Of a stretch of DNA of 32,000 bases, positions 16,919 through 24,481 are shown piece by piece; positions within the stretch are counted from its first letter, which is position 1; the number at the start of each line of letters is the position of its first letter. The stretch comes from Mycolicibacterium smegmatis. GTDB taxonomy: Bacteria > Actinomycetota > Actinomycetes > Mycobacteriales > Mycobacteriaceae. A model generated the notes under the pieces. It saw only the letters and a program-made list of their open reading frames with translations, searched no databases and had not been told where the DNA came from. The DNA lies in NCBI RefSeq assembly GCF_001457595.1, contig NZ_LN831039.1, positions 2,040,001 through 2,072,000 of the forward strand. Direction: 5' to 3'. The position numbers and the translations under genes are program-made.

Positions 16919-17434
16919 CTAGAAGTGGTAGATGTCCACCACGTGGTGGATGTAGTCGTTCTTCAGCACGACCGTCTTGCGCCGGATCAGCGGCTGTTCA
17001 CCGGAGAAGTCGATGGTGTAGAAGGAGGTCCCGTAGTACGGGTCGACCGTCTTGTACCGGAAATACATGGTGTGCCAGTTGAACCGGACATCCACCAGGT
17101 CGCCGCGCCGCTCGATGACCTCGACGTTGCTGATGTTGTGGCTCGTGCGTGGCTCGGGCAGCGATGTCGCCGAGGACCGTTCGGTGCGGATCCGGAACAC
17201 GCGGTCTTCCAGTCCGCCTTTGTTGGCGTAGTAGATCAGCGAGATGTCGCGCTGCGGATCCTCGACCAGTCGGTCGTCGTCGGCCCACGAGGGCATCCAG
17301 TAGACGACGTCGTCGGCGTAACACTCCAACCATTTCTCGAACTCGCGGTCGTCGAGATACCGGGCCTCCCGGTAGAGGAACTGCTCGATGACGTTCTGGG
17401 TGATGAGCTTGGCTGGCTTTTCGGTGGTGGTCAT
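16919..17434 (-). CDS. benB: Benzoate 1,2-dioxygenase small (beta) subunit
   Basis: 171 aa. 'VIEQFLYREARYLDDREFEKWLECYADDVVYWMP' is the typical ring-hydroxylating dioxygenase beta subunit (NTF2-like) pattern. It is 1 nt from the benA stop. Confidence 0.9.
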   Translation of the reverse strand: MTTTEKPAKLITQNVIEQFLYREARYLDDREFEKWLECYADDVVYWMPSWADDDRLVEDPQRDISLIYYANKGGLEDRVFRIRTERSSATSLPEPRTSHNISNVEVIERRGDLVDVRFNWHTMYFRYKTVDPYYGTSFYTIDFSGEQPLIRRKTVVLKNDYIHHVVDIYHF

Positions 17435-17435
17435 G

Positions 17436-18800
17436 TCAGTGCTCCGTGGGGTTCGAGGTGACGGCGCGGCGCAGGGTCCTCAGCCAGTAGCCGTGCTGCA
17501 CCGGGTAGAGGCCTTCGTCCTCGTTGCGCAGGCCCGACGAGACGATGCCGTGCATCCCCAGCGACTCCGCGACCGGATCGGGTCCGGAAAGCCAGTGCTG
17601 CGCACCGCGGCTCATGTCGTTCCACGGTGCGGCCTGCGCGCGGAACGTGAGCTGGCAGGACCGGAACTCCTCGAGGTCGTCGGGGGTGGCCATGCCCGAG
17701 GCGTTGAAGAAGTCCTCGTATTGGCGGATCCGGTGGGCGCGGGCCGCGGCGCTCTCGCCCTTGGGGGCGATGCAGTAGATCGTGACCTCGGTCTTGTCGG
17801 GCGCGATCGGCCGGAAATGCCGGATCTGCGTCGAGAACTGGTCCATCACGTAGACGTTCGGGTACAGGCACAGGTTGCGTGAGCCCTTGACCATGAATTC
17901 GCCCTTGGCTTCGCCGAATCGGGCCTTGAGCTCGTCGAGCCGGTCCCACAGGGGACGGTCCTGCGGGTTGGCGGCCCAGGTCCACAGGCACAGATGCCCG
18001 TGGGGGAACGACCAGTAACCGCCGCCGGACTTGCCCCAACTGCCGGCGTCGAGCGCCTTGGTGTCGTTCTTGGACTCGCCGCACGTGCGACGGCTGGTGG
18101 TGGCGGCGTAGTTCCAGTGGGTCGCGGTCACGTGGTAACCGTCGGCACCGTTCTCGGCCTGCACCTTCCAGTTGCCGTCGTAGGTGTAGGTGGACGCACC
18201 CCGCAGGACCTCGAGACCGTCCGGTGACTGGTCGACCAGCATGTCGATCACCGTCGTCGTGTCACCGAGATGCTCGGTGAGAGGCAGCACGTCGGGATTG
18301 AGGCTGCCGAACAGGAACCCGCGGTACCCCTCGAACCGCGCGACCTTGGTCATGTTGTGAGATCCGTTGGAGTTGAACGTGTCCGGGTACCCGGCGCCGT
18401 CGGGGTCCTTGACCTTGAGCAGGGTGCCGTCGTTGCGGAACGTCCAGCCGTGGAACGGGCAGGTGAGCGTGGTGCGGTTGTCGGTCTTGCGCCGACAGAT
18501 CATCGCGCCGCGATGTGCACACGCGTTGATCAGGCAGTGCAGGTCGCCGTCGCGGTCTCGCGTGATCACCACGGGCTGACGGCCGATGTAGGTGGTGAAG
18601 TAGTCGCCGGGGTTGGGCACCTGGCTCTCGTGGGCGAGATAGACCCAGTTGCCCTCGAAGATGTGCTTCATCTCCAACTCGAAGATCTCGTCGTCGGTGA
18701 AGATGCGGCGGTTGGCGCGGTAGACGCCGGCCGCGGGGTCCTCGATCACCGCGTCGGCCAGCACGTTCTCCAAGTGGTCGGGGGACAGGTGAGTGGTCAT
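17436..18800 (-). CDS. benA: Benzoate 1,2-dioxygenase large (alpha) subunit, Rieske oxygenase
   Basis: Rieske motif 'CAHRG...CPFHGW' and catalytic-domain 'DGYHVTATH'. I prefer ATG 18800 (MTTHLSPD...) because GGAGG sits 6 nt upstream; the track start at 18839 is an extension. Confidence 0.9.
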   Translation of the reverse strand: MTTHLSPDHLENVLADAVIEDPAAGVYRANRRIFTDDEIFELEMKHIFEGNWVYLAHESQVPNPGDYFTTYIGRQPVVITRDRDGDLHCLINACAHRGAMICRRKTDNRTTLTCPFHGWTFRNDGTLLKVKDPDGAGYPDTFNSNGSHNMTKVARFEGYRGFLFGSLNPDVLPLTEHLGDTTTVIDMLVDQSPDGLEVLRGASTYTYDGNWKVQAENGADGYHVTATHWNYAATTSRRTCGESKNDTKALDAGSWGKSGGGYWSFPHGHLCLWTWAANPQDRPLWDRLDELKARFGEAKGEFMVKGSRNLCLYPNVYVMDQFSTQIRHFRPIAPDKTEVTIYCIAPKGESAAARAHRIRQYEDFFNASGMATPDDLEEFRSCQLTFRAQAAPWNDMSRGAQHWLSGPDPVAESLGMHGIVSSGLRNEDEGLYPVQHGYWLRTLRRAVTSNPTEH

Positions 18801-18888
18801 GTTTGCCTCCGGTTCGGCTCTTGACAGGCACTCTTCCAACGGGTGGCGGCCGTCACACTAGGGCATTTCCCAGTCCCGACCTGGGCAT

Positions 18889-18915
18889 CTATTGATAAAC
18901 AACCGCGATCAATAG
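18889..18915. promoter_or_regulatory. Perfect interrupted palindrome CTATTGAT-N11-ATCAATAG; candidate LTTR recognition site in the benA/LysR divergent promoter region
   Basis: The 8-bp arms are exact reverse complements, separated by 11 nt, which fits the T-N11-A architecture. The element lies about 90 bp from both divergent start codons. A second dyad, AACAAG-tc-CTTGTT, follows at 18922-18935. Confidence 0.5.
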
Positions 18916-19009
18916 ACCGAAAACAAGTCCTTGTTGCCTATGGATCGCGGGTCTACCGTCGGTTGTGTCGGCCATCACAGGCCGTGCCCGTTCGTCAGAG
19001 AGGTCCGCC

Positions 19010-19936
19010 GTGGAGCTCAGGCACCTTCGCTATTTCGCCGCCGTGGCGGATACCTGCCATTTCGGCCAGGCCGCCGAGCAGCTGCATGTCGCCCAGCCCG
19101 CGCTGTCCTACGCGATCCGTCAGCTCGAGACCGAACTCGACGTCACGTTGTTCTACCGCACCACGCGTCAGGTGTCCCTGACCCCGGCGGGGGAGTTCCT
19201 GCGGGCCGAGGCCGCGCGCATCCTCGCCGGCGTCGACGACGCCGAACGCGGCGTGCGACGGATCGCGCGCGGCCGCGGCGGACTGTTGCGGCTGGGCCTG
19301 ACCGGAACCGCGGCGTTCTCCCACCTGCCGCGGATCGCGCGCATCGTCAAACGCGAATTACCCGACGTGGCACTGGAAATCCATGCCGACATGCTCACCC
19401 CGGTCCAGTGCGACAGCCTGCGGTCCGGCGCGCTCGACCTCGGGGTGTTGCGGCCTCCCGCCGTCGGCGACGGCGTCGAACTCACCGTCATCGACGCCGA
19501 ATCGCTCGTGCTGGCGGTCTCGGCAGACCACCGCCTGGCAGCCGAACCTGTCGTGTCGATGGCCGACCTGCGCGCCGAACCGTTCGTGGGGTACGCCAGC
19601 CGTGACTCCGCGGTCAACGATGCGGTGCTGCGTAGTTGCCGCAGCGCGGGTTTCGTCCCCGACCGGGCGCACACCGCGCCCGGAACCGCGGTGCTGCTCG
19701 CGCTGGTCGCGGCCGACCTGGGCGTTGCGGTGGTTCCGGAATCGGTGCGTGCGCTGCCGCTCGACGGCGTGGTGTTCCGCGACCTGCTCGACGGCGGCAC
19801 CGTCGAATTGGCACTGGCCTGGCGACGTGCGGCCGACCGCGATTCTCACGCGAATCCCCTTGTCGGCTCAGTCGTCGACATCCTGGCCCCGGCGCTGAGC
19901 CGGGAGTCCGTCCCGAGTCTTGAGGAGAGACTGTGA
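19010..19936 (+). CDS. LysR-type transcriptional regulator (CatR/BenM-like by context)
   Basis: wHTH 'VELRHLRYFAAVADTCHFGQAAEQLHVAQPALSYAIRQLETELD'. I prefer GTG 19010, preceded by GAGAGG and matching the usual LTTR N-terminus; the track start at 18965 is possible. The stop overlaps the catB GTG start (GTGA). Confidence 0.85.
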   Translation: MELRHLRYFAAVADTCHFGQAAEQLHVAQPALSYAIRQLETELDVTLFYRTTRQVSLTPAGEFLRAEAARILAGVDDAERGVRRIARGRGGLLRLGLTGTAAFSHLPRIARIVKRELPDVALEIHADMLTPVQCDSLRSGALDLGVLRPPAVGDGVELTVIDAESLVLAVSADHRLAAEPVVSMADLRAEPFVGYASRDSAVNDAVLRSCRSAGFVPDRAHTAPGTAVLLALVAADLGVAVVPESVRALPLDGVVFRDLLDGGTVELALAWRRAADRDSHANPLVGSVVDILAPALSRESVPSLEERL

Positions 19937-21036
19937 AAATTGTTGCGATAGGCGCAATCCCGTTTTCGATCCCCTATACGAAGCCGTTGCGCTTCGCCTC
20001 GGGTGAGGTGCACGCCGCCGAACACGTGTTGGTTCGCGTGCACACCGACGACGGGATCGTGGGCGTGGCCGAGGCTCCGCCGCGGCCCTTCACCTACGGT
20101 GAGACCCAGCCCGGCATCGTTGCGGTGATCGAAAAGTACTTCGCGCCGGCCCTGATCGGTCTGACGCTCACCGAGCGCGAGGTCGCCCACACGCGGATGG
20201 CCCGCACCGTCGGCAATCCCACCGCCAAGGCGGCCATCGACATGGCCATGTGGGACGCGCTCGGACAGTCGCTGAGGCTGTCGGTCAGCGAGATGCTAGG
20301 CGGTTACACCGATCGGATGCGCGTGAGCCACATGCTCGGATTCGACGATCCGGTGAAAATGGTCGCCGAGGCCGAGCGCATCCGGGAGACCTACGGGATC
20401 AACACCTTCAAGGTGAAGGTGGGCCGGCGGCCGGTACAACTCGACACCGCCGTGGTGCGTGCGCTGCGTGAGCGGTTCGGCGACGCGATCGAACTCTACG
20501 TCGACGGCAACCGCGGATGGTCGGCGGCCGAATCGCTGCGTGCGATGCGCGAGATGGCCGATCTGGACCTGCTTTTCGCCGAGGAGCTGTGCCCGGCCGA
20601 CGATGTGCTCAGCCGGCGCAGGCTGGTCGGTCAACTCGACATGCCGTTCATCGCCGACGAATCCGTCCCGACACCGGCAGATGTGACGCGTGAGGTGCTC
20701 GGCGGCTCGGCCACGGCGATCAGTATCAAGACCGCGCGCACCGGGTTCACCGGTTCCACCCGCGTGCACCACCTCGCCGAGGGTCTCGGCCTGGACATGG
20801 TGATGGGCAACCAGATCGACGGGCAGATCGGCACGGCCTGCACGGTTTCCTTCGGCACGGCCTTCGAGCGCACCTCGCGCCATGCCGGTGAGCTGTCCAA
20901 CTTCCTCGACATGAGCGACGACCTGCTGACCGTCCCGCTGCAGATCAGCGACGGGCAGTTGCACCGCAGACCCGGACCGGGACTCGGCATCGAGATCGAC
21001 CCCGACAAGCTCGCGCACTACCGCACCGACAACTGA
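19933..21036 (+). CDS. catB: Muconate cycloisomerase (enolase superfamily)
   Basis: 367 aa with a GTG start preceded by GAGGAGAGA. The MLE-type pattern is 'FKVKVG', 'LYVDGNRGW', 'FAEELCP', 'IADES'. It lies next to catA and catC. Confidence 0.9.
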   Translation: MKIVAIGAIPFSIPYTKPLRFASGEVHAAEHVLVRVHTDDGIVGVAEAPPRPFTYGETQPGIVAVIEKYFAPALIGLTLTEREVAHTRMARTVGNPTAKAAIDMAMWDALGQSLRLSVSEMLGGYTDRMRVSHMLGFDDPVKMVAEAERIRETYGINTFKVKVGRRPVQLDTAVVRALRERFGDAIELYVDGNRGWSAAESLRAMREMADLDLLFAEELCPADDVLSRRRLVGQLDMPFIADESVPTPADVTREVLGGSATAISIKTARTGFTGSTRVHHLAEGLGLDMVMGNQIDGQIGTACTVSFGTAFERTSRHAGELSNFLDMSDDLLTVPLQISDGQLHRRPGPGLGIEIDPDKLAHYRTDN

Positions 21037-21069
21037 ACAACAGCCCCTACCCGTCAAGGAGATCCACAC

Positions 21070-21963
21070 ATGACCACATTCGAAGCACCGCACATCGAGA
21101 AGATCGAGTTGGCCGAAAAGGCCGGGAAGGCCACGGCCGCGGCGTCGGGGGCGTCGGCCACCGAGCGGTTCCACCTCGACAAGTCACCGTTCGACGCGGT
21201 ACGTGACGTTCCCGCCGAACGTGTCGACCTGCTGGCCCGCGAGGTTCTCGACGCGGTGCACGCCACCATCCGCAGGCACAAGGTGACCTACGAGGAGTAC
21301 AACGCGCTCAAGGCGTGGCTGATCAACGTCGGCGAGGACGGCGAATGGCCGTTGTTCCTCGACGTCTGGGTCGAGCACGTCGTGGAGGAGGTCGCCACGG
21401 CGCACCGGCACGGCAACAAGGGCAGCATCGAGGGGCCGTACTACGTCCCCGACTCGCCCGAACTGGGCGCCGACGCGACCATGCCCGTGCGGCCCGGCGA
21501 GGCCGGCACCCCGCTGGTGTGGGAGGGCACGATCACCTCGACCGACGGGCGACCGCTGGCGGGCAAGGTCGAACTGTGGCACGCCGATTCCGAGGGCTTC
21601 TATTCGCAGTTCGCCCCGGGCATCCCGGAATGGAATCTGCGCGGCACCATCTCCACCGGTGACGACGGTGCCTTCCGCATCACGACGATGCGGCCCGCGC
21701 CGTACCAGATCCCCACCGACGGCTCGTGCGGAAAGCTCATCGCCGCGGCCGGCTGGCACGCCTGGCGTCCCGCACATTTGCACGTCAAGGTGTCGGCGCC
21801 CGGACACGAACTGCTCACCGCGCAGCTGTACTTCCCTGGCGATCCGCACAACGGCGACGACATCGCCACGGCCGTCAAGCCTGAGCTGATGCTCGATCCG
21901 CAGCCTCAGCCCGACGGCAGCGAGATGGTGCGCTACGACTTCGTCCTGGACCCGGAAAGCTGA
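21070..21963 (+). CDS. catA: Catechol 1,2-dioxygenase (intradiol)
   Basis: 297 aa. 'GSIEGPYYVPDSPELG', 'LWHADSEGFYSQF' and 'RPAHLHVKVSAPGHELLTAQLYFPGD' are intradiol dioxygenase signatures. The RBS AAGGAGA is upstream. Confidence 0.92.
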   Translation: MTTFEAPHIEKIELAEKAGKATAAASGASATERFHLDKSPFDAVRDVPAERVDLLAREVLDAVHATIRRHKVTYEEYNALKAWLINVGEDGEWPLFLDVWVEHVVEEVATAHRHGNKGSIEGPYYVPDSPELGADATMPVRPGEAGTPLVWEGTITSTDGRPLAGKVELWHADSEGFYSQFAPGIPEWNLRGTISTGDDGAFRITTMRPAPYQIPTDGSCGKLIAAAGWHAWRPAHLHVKVSAPGHELLTAQLYFPGDPHNGDDIATAVKPELMLDPQPQPDGSEMVRYDFVLDPES

Positions 21964-21970
21964 GCCGAGC

Positions 21971-22255
21971 ATGCTCTTTCACGTCCGGATGGACGTCCGG
22001 CTGCCCCACGACATGGACCAGGACACCCTCGCGCAGCTGGTCGCGCGGGAGAAGGCGTACTCGCAGCAGCTGCAGCGGTCCGGCAAGTGGCCGCACATCT
22101 GGCGCATTGTGGGGGAGTACGCGAACTTCTCGATCTTCGACGTCGAGACCAACGACGAGCTGCATTCGGTGATCTCGGGGCTTCCGCTGTTCCCGTACAT
22201 GGACATCCACGTCACACCGTTGGCACGGCACCCCTCGGATATCGACCAGGGCTGA
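21971..22255 (+). CDS. catC: Muconolactone delta-isomerase
   Basis: 94 aa. 'MLFHVRMDVRLPHDMD...EKAYSQQLQRSGKW.HIWRIVGEYANFSIFDV...LPLFPYMDI.V.PL..HPS' is the canonical CatC pattern and length. Confidence 0.92.
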   Translation: MLFHVRMDVRLPHDMDQDTLAQLVAREKAYSQQLQRSGKWPHIWRIVGEYANFSIFDVETNDELHSVISGLPLFPYMDIHVTPLARHPSDIDQG

Positions 22256-22259
22256 AATG

Positions 22260-22751
22260 CTAGGCGCCCACGGCGATTTCGGCGGTGACGGCATCGGTCG
22301 CGCGGATCAGGTCGGCCGGGGCCAGCACGATGTCCAGTCCGCGCTTGCCCGCGCTGCACAACACCTTGTCGAATCGCAGTGCCGAGGAGTCGATCACGGT
22401 CGGCAGCGGCTTGCGCTGTCCCAGCGGGGAGATTCCCCCGACGACGTAACCGGTCGAGCGCTGTGCGGCGGCGGGATCGGCCATCTCGGCCCTGGCCACG
22501 CCGAGTGCGGCGGCCGCGGCCTTGAGCGACAACTTGGTGGGCACCGGGACCACGGCGACCGCCAGGCCTTTCGGCAGCGCGATCACGAGGGTCTTGAACA
22601 CCTGCTCGGCGACGTAGCCGTCGGCGGCCAGTTGGGCGGCTGCCTCCTCGCCGAAGGAGTCGTTGCGGGGATCGTGGTGATACCGCACCACGTCGTGTTG
22701 GATGCCTGCGGCGACCAGTGCCGCGATCGCGGGTGTTGCTGCGCGTGCCAC
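22260..22751 (-). CDS. ybaK: YbaK/EbsC-type Cys-tRNA(Pro) deacylase
   Basis: 'FKTLVIAL...AVAVVPV..KLSLKAAA', 'GYVVGGISPLG' and 'TVIDSS' match the YbaK family. I chose GTG 22751 (VARAATPAIAAL...) by analogy to the YbaK N-terminus; the track ATG 22817 is possible. Confidence 0.8.
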   Translation of the reverse strand: MARAATPAIAALVAAGIQHDVVRYHHDPRNDSFGEEAAAQLAADGYVAEQVFKTLVIALPKGLAVAVVPVPTKLSLKAAAAALGVARAEMADPAAAQRSTGYVVGGISPLGQRKPLPTVIDSSALRFDKVLCSAGKRGLDIVLAPADLIRATDAVTAEIAVGA

Positions 22752-22832
22752 GCGGAAAAGCCTAGACAGGGCGCCCGGGTTCGTTTTCGGGCCGGCCCGG
22801 GATCTCACAGCGTGCATGTTCGAGTGACGTAC

Positions 22833-22860
22833 GGGAACATTGGGACCCCTGCGTGCTGTT
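22833..22860 (+). promoter_or_regulatory. Candidate SigH/SigR-type ECF promoter (GGGAAC-N19-GTT) upstream of sigH
   Basis: GGGAAC at 22833-22838 and GTT at 22858-22860. This resembles the GGAA(C/T)-N17/18-GTT consensus of the SigH/SigR group, but the spacer is 1 nt longer than the form I remember. Confidence 0.35.
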
Positions 22861-23031
22861 ATTCGAGCCAGACGTGGTAGTCACGCGCTGTCGGAGTCAT
22901 TTGTCGGTAGCAGGCTCTAGGATCGAGGAGGGATTTTGGTGCCAACCGTATGCCTGGAACGTTCGGCGCTCGCCGGATGGGATCGGGGGCAGCTTGGTGG
23001 TGCCGTAATAGAAGGGAAGGTGTTTCCCACG

Positions 23032-23679
23032 ATGACTGACGTCGACCGGGTCGAGCCCGAGACGCCGCCAGAGCGCGAAGAGACAGATGCCGAGCTCACC
23101 GCTCGGTTCGAACGCGATGCCATCCCGCTGCTGGATCAGTTGTACGGCGGTGCACTGCGGATGACCCGTAACCCGGCAGATGCCGAGGACCTGCTGCAGG
23201 AAACGATGGTGAAGGCCTACGCGGGCTTCCGTTCGTTCCGCGAGGGCACCAACCTCAAGGCGTGGCTCTACCGGATCCTGACCAACACCTACATCAACAG
23301 CTACCGCAAGAAGCAGCGCCAGCCTTCGGAGTACCCCACCGACGAGATCACCGACTGGCAGCTGGCGTCCAACGCCGAGCACTCCTCGACGGGTCTGCGC
23401 TCGGCCGAGGTCGAGGCGCTCGAGGCGCTTCCCGACACCGAGATCAAGGCCGCGTTGCAAGCTCTTCCAGAAGAGTTCCGGATGGCGGTGTACTACGCCG
23501 ACGTCGAAGGGTTCCCGTACAAGGAGATCGCCGAGATCATGGAAACGCCCATCGGGACCGTGATGTCCCGTCTGCACCGCGGCCGCAGGCAGCTGCGCGA
23601 TCTGCTGGCCGGTGTGGCCAGGGATCGTGGGTTCATCCGAGGCCCGCAGCTTGGTGAACCCGAGGAGGTGACGTCATGA
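23032..23679 (+). CDS. sigH: ECF sigma factor SigH (oxidative and heat stress)
   Basis: From ATG 23032: [94 protein letters not shown]... This is near-identical over most of its length to my memory of M. tuberculosis SigH. At 215 aa it matches in size. The track ORF from 22936 is an extension. Confidence 0.92.
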
Positions 23680-23981
23680 GCGAGACGGAGCGCGAGGACG
23701 AGCGGTGGACCCCGCCGATCGGCCCCATCGATCCCGAGCATCCCGAATGCGCGGCGGTGATCGCCGAGGTCTGGACACTGCTCGACGGGGAGTGCACCCC
23801 GGAGACGCGCGACAAGCTCAAGCAGCACCTCGAAGAATGCCCGACCTGCCTGCGGCATTACGGCATCGAGGAGCGGGTGAAACGGCTGATCGCCGCCAAG
23901 TGCAGCGGTGAAAAAGCCCCGGATAGTTTGCGTGAGCGGCTGCGTATCCAGATCAGCCGCACCACGATCATCCGGGGCTAG
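23676..23981 (+). CDS. rshA: Anti-sigma factor RshA (zinc-associated, redox-sensing)
   Basis: 101 aa with an ATGA overlap with sigH. It has the ZAS motif H-x3-C-x2-C ('HLEECPTC') plus upstream Cys residues ('EHPECAAV', 'DGECTP'). Confidence 0.9.
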
Positions 23982-23993
23982 AAGACAACCAGG

Positions 23994-24068
23994 TCAGGCG
24001 TTGGGTCGCTTGCCGTGGTTGGCCTTCGAGTGCTTGCGGTCACGCTTCTTGCGGCCACGCTTGGCCAT
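23994..24068 (-). CDS. 24-aa highly basic peptide MAKRGRKKRDRKHSKANHGKRPNA; matches the actinobacterial ribosomal protein bL37
   Basis: Absent from the ORF track because it is too short. ATG (CAT 24066-24068) to TGA (23994-23996). GGAGGG lies 7 nt upstream. The 'ANHGKRPN' C-terminus and 24-aa length match the bL37 peptide as I remember it from mycobacterial ribosome cryo-EM work. Confidence 0.65.
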   Translation of the reverse strand: MAKRGRKKRDRKHSKANHGKRPNA

Positions 24069-24191
24069 AATGATCCCTCCAGACGTTTAGAGCTTGCTCT
24101 CTAGTGTCTCATGCCCCGGCGACAGCACTGTCCACCCGGGGTTGTGGTTCGATTAGTGCGGAAAAGCACCGGAGAGTGGAGTGGGGTGAAG

Positions 24192-24407
24192 ATGGCCGAA
24201 GACGTTCGCGCCGAGATCGTGGCCAGCGTGCTCGAGGTCGTGGTTCATGAGGGCGATCAGATCGGCGAAGGGGACACCCTGGTGCTGCTCGAGTCGATGA
24301 AGATGGAGATCCCGGTGCTCGCCGAGGTCGCGGGCACGGTCACCAAGGTCAACGTCGCCGAGGGCGACGTGATCCAGGCCGGCCATCTCATCGCGGTCAT
24401 CGACTGA
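24192..24407 (+). CDS. Small biotinyl/lipoyl-domain protein (TB7.3 / Rv3221c-like)
   Basis: 71 aa from ATG 24192, with the biotin attachment motif 'LESMKMEIPV' (E-x-M-K-M). This is the same size and position as Mtb Rv3221c. The track ORF from 24111 is an extension. Confidence 0.85.
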   Translation: MAEDVRAEIVASVLEVVVHEGDQIGEGDTLVLLESMKMEIPVLAEVAGTVTKVNVAEGDVIQAGHLIAVID

Positions 24408-24481
24408 CCGGACAAGAACTTCCGTGAGGACCTCCACGCGCCCGAGCGTGCGGGAGGGCCTGCGTGTGAAGGGGCGCTCTG

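Noticed and set aside
24088-24099. AGAGC-tt-GCTCT short dyad upstream of the bL37-like ORF.
   Set aside because: The arms are only 5 bp and the 2-nt spacer is too short for an RNA hairpin. It is not distinguishable from chance.
24146-24154. GGTTCGATT, a T-loop-like string suggesting a tRNA.
   Set aside because: I could not build an acceptor stem, an anticodon arm or a complementary T-stem in the flanking 90 nt. The string lies in the bL37/TB7.3 divergent promoter spacer.
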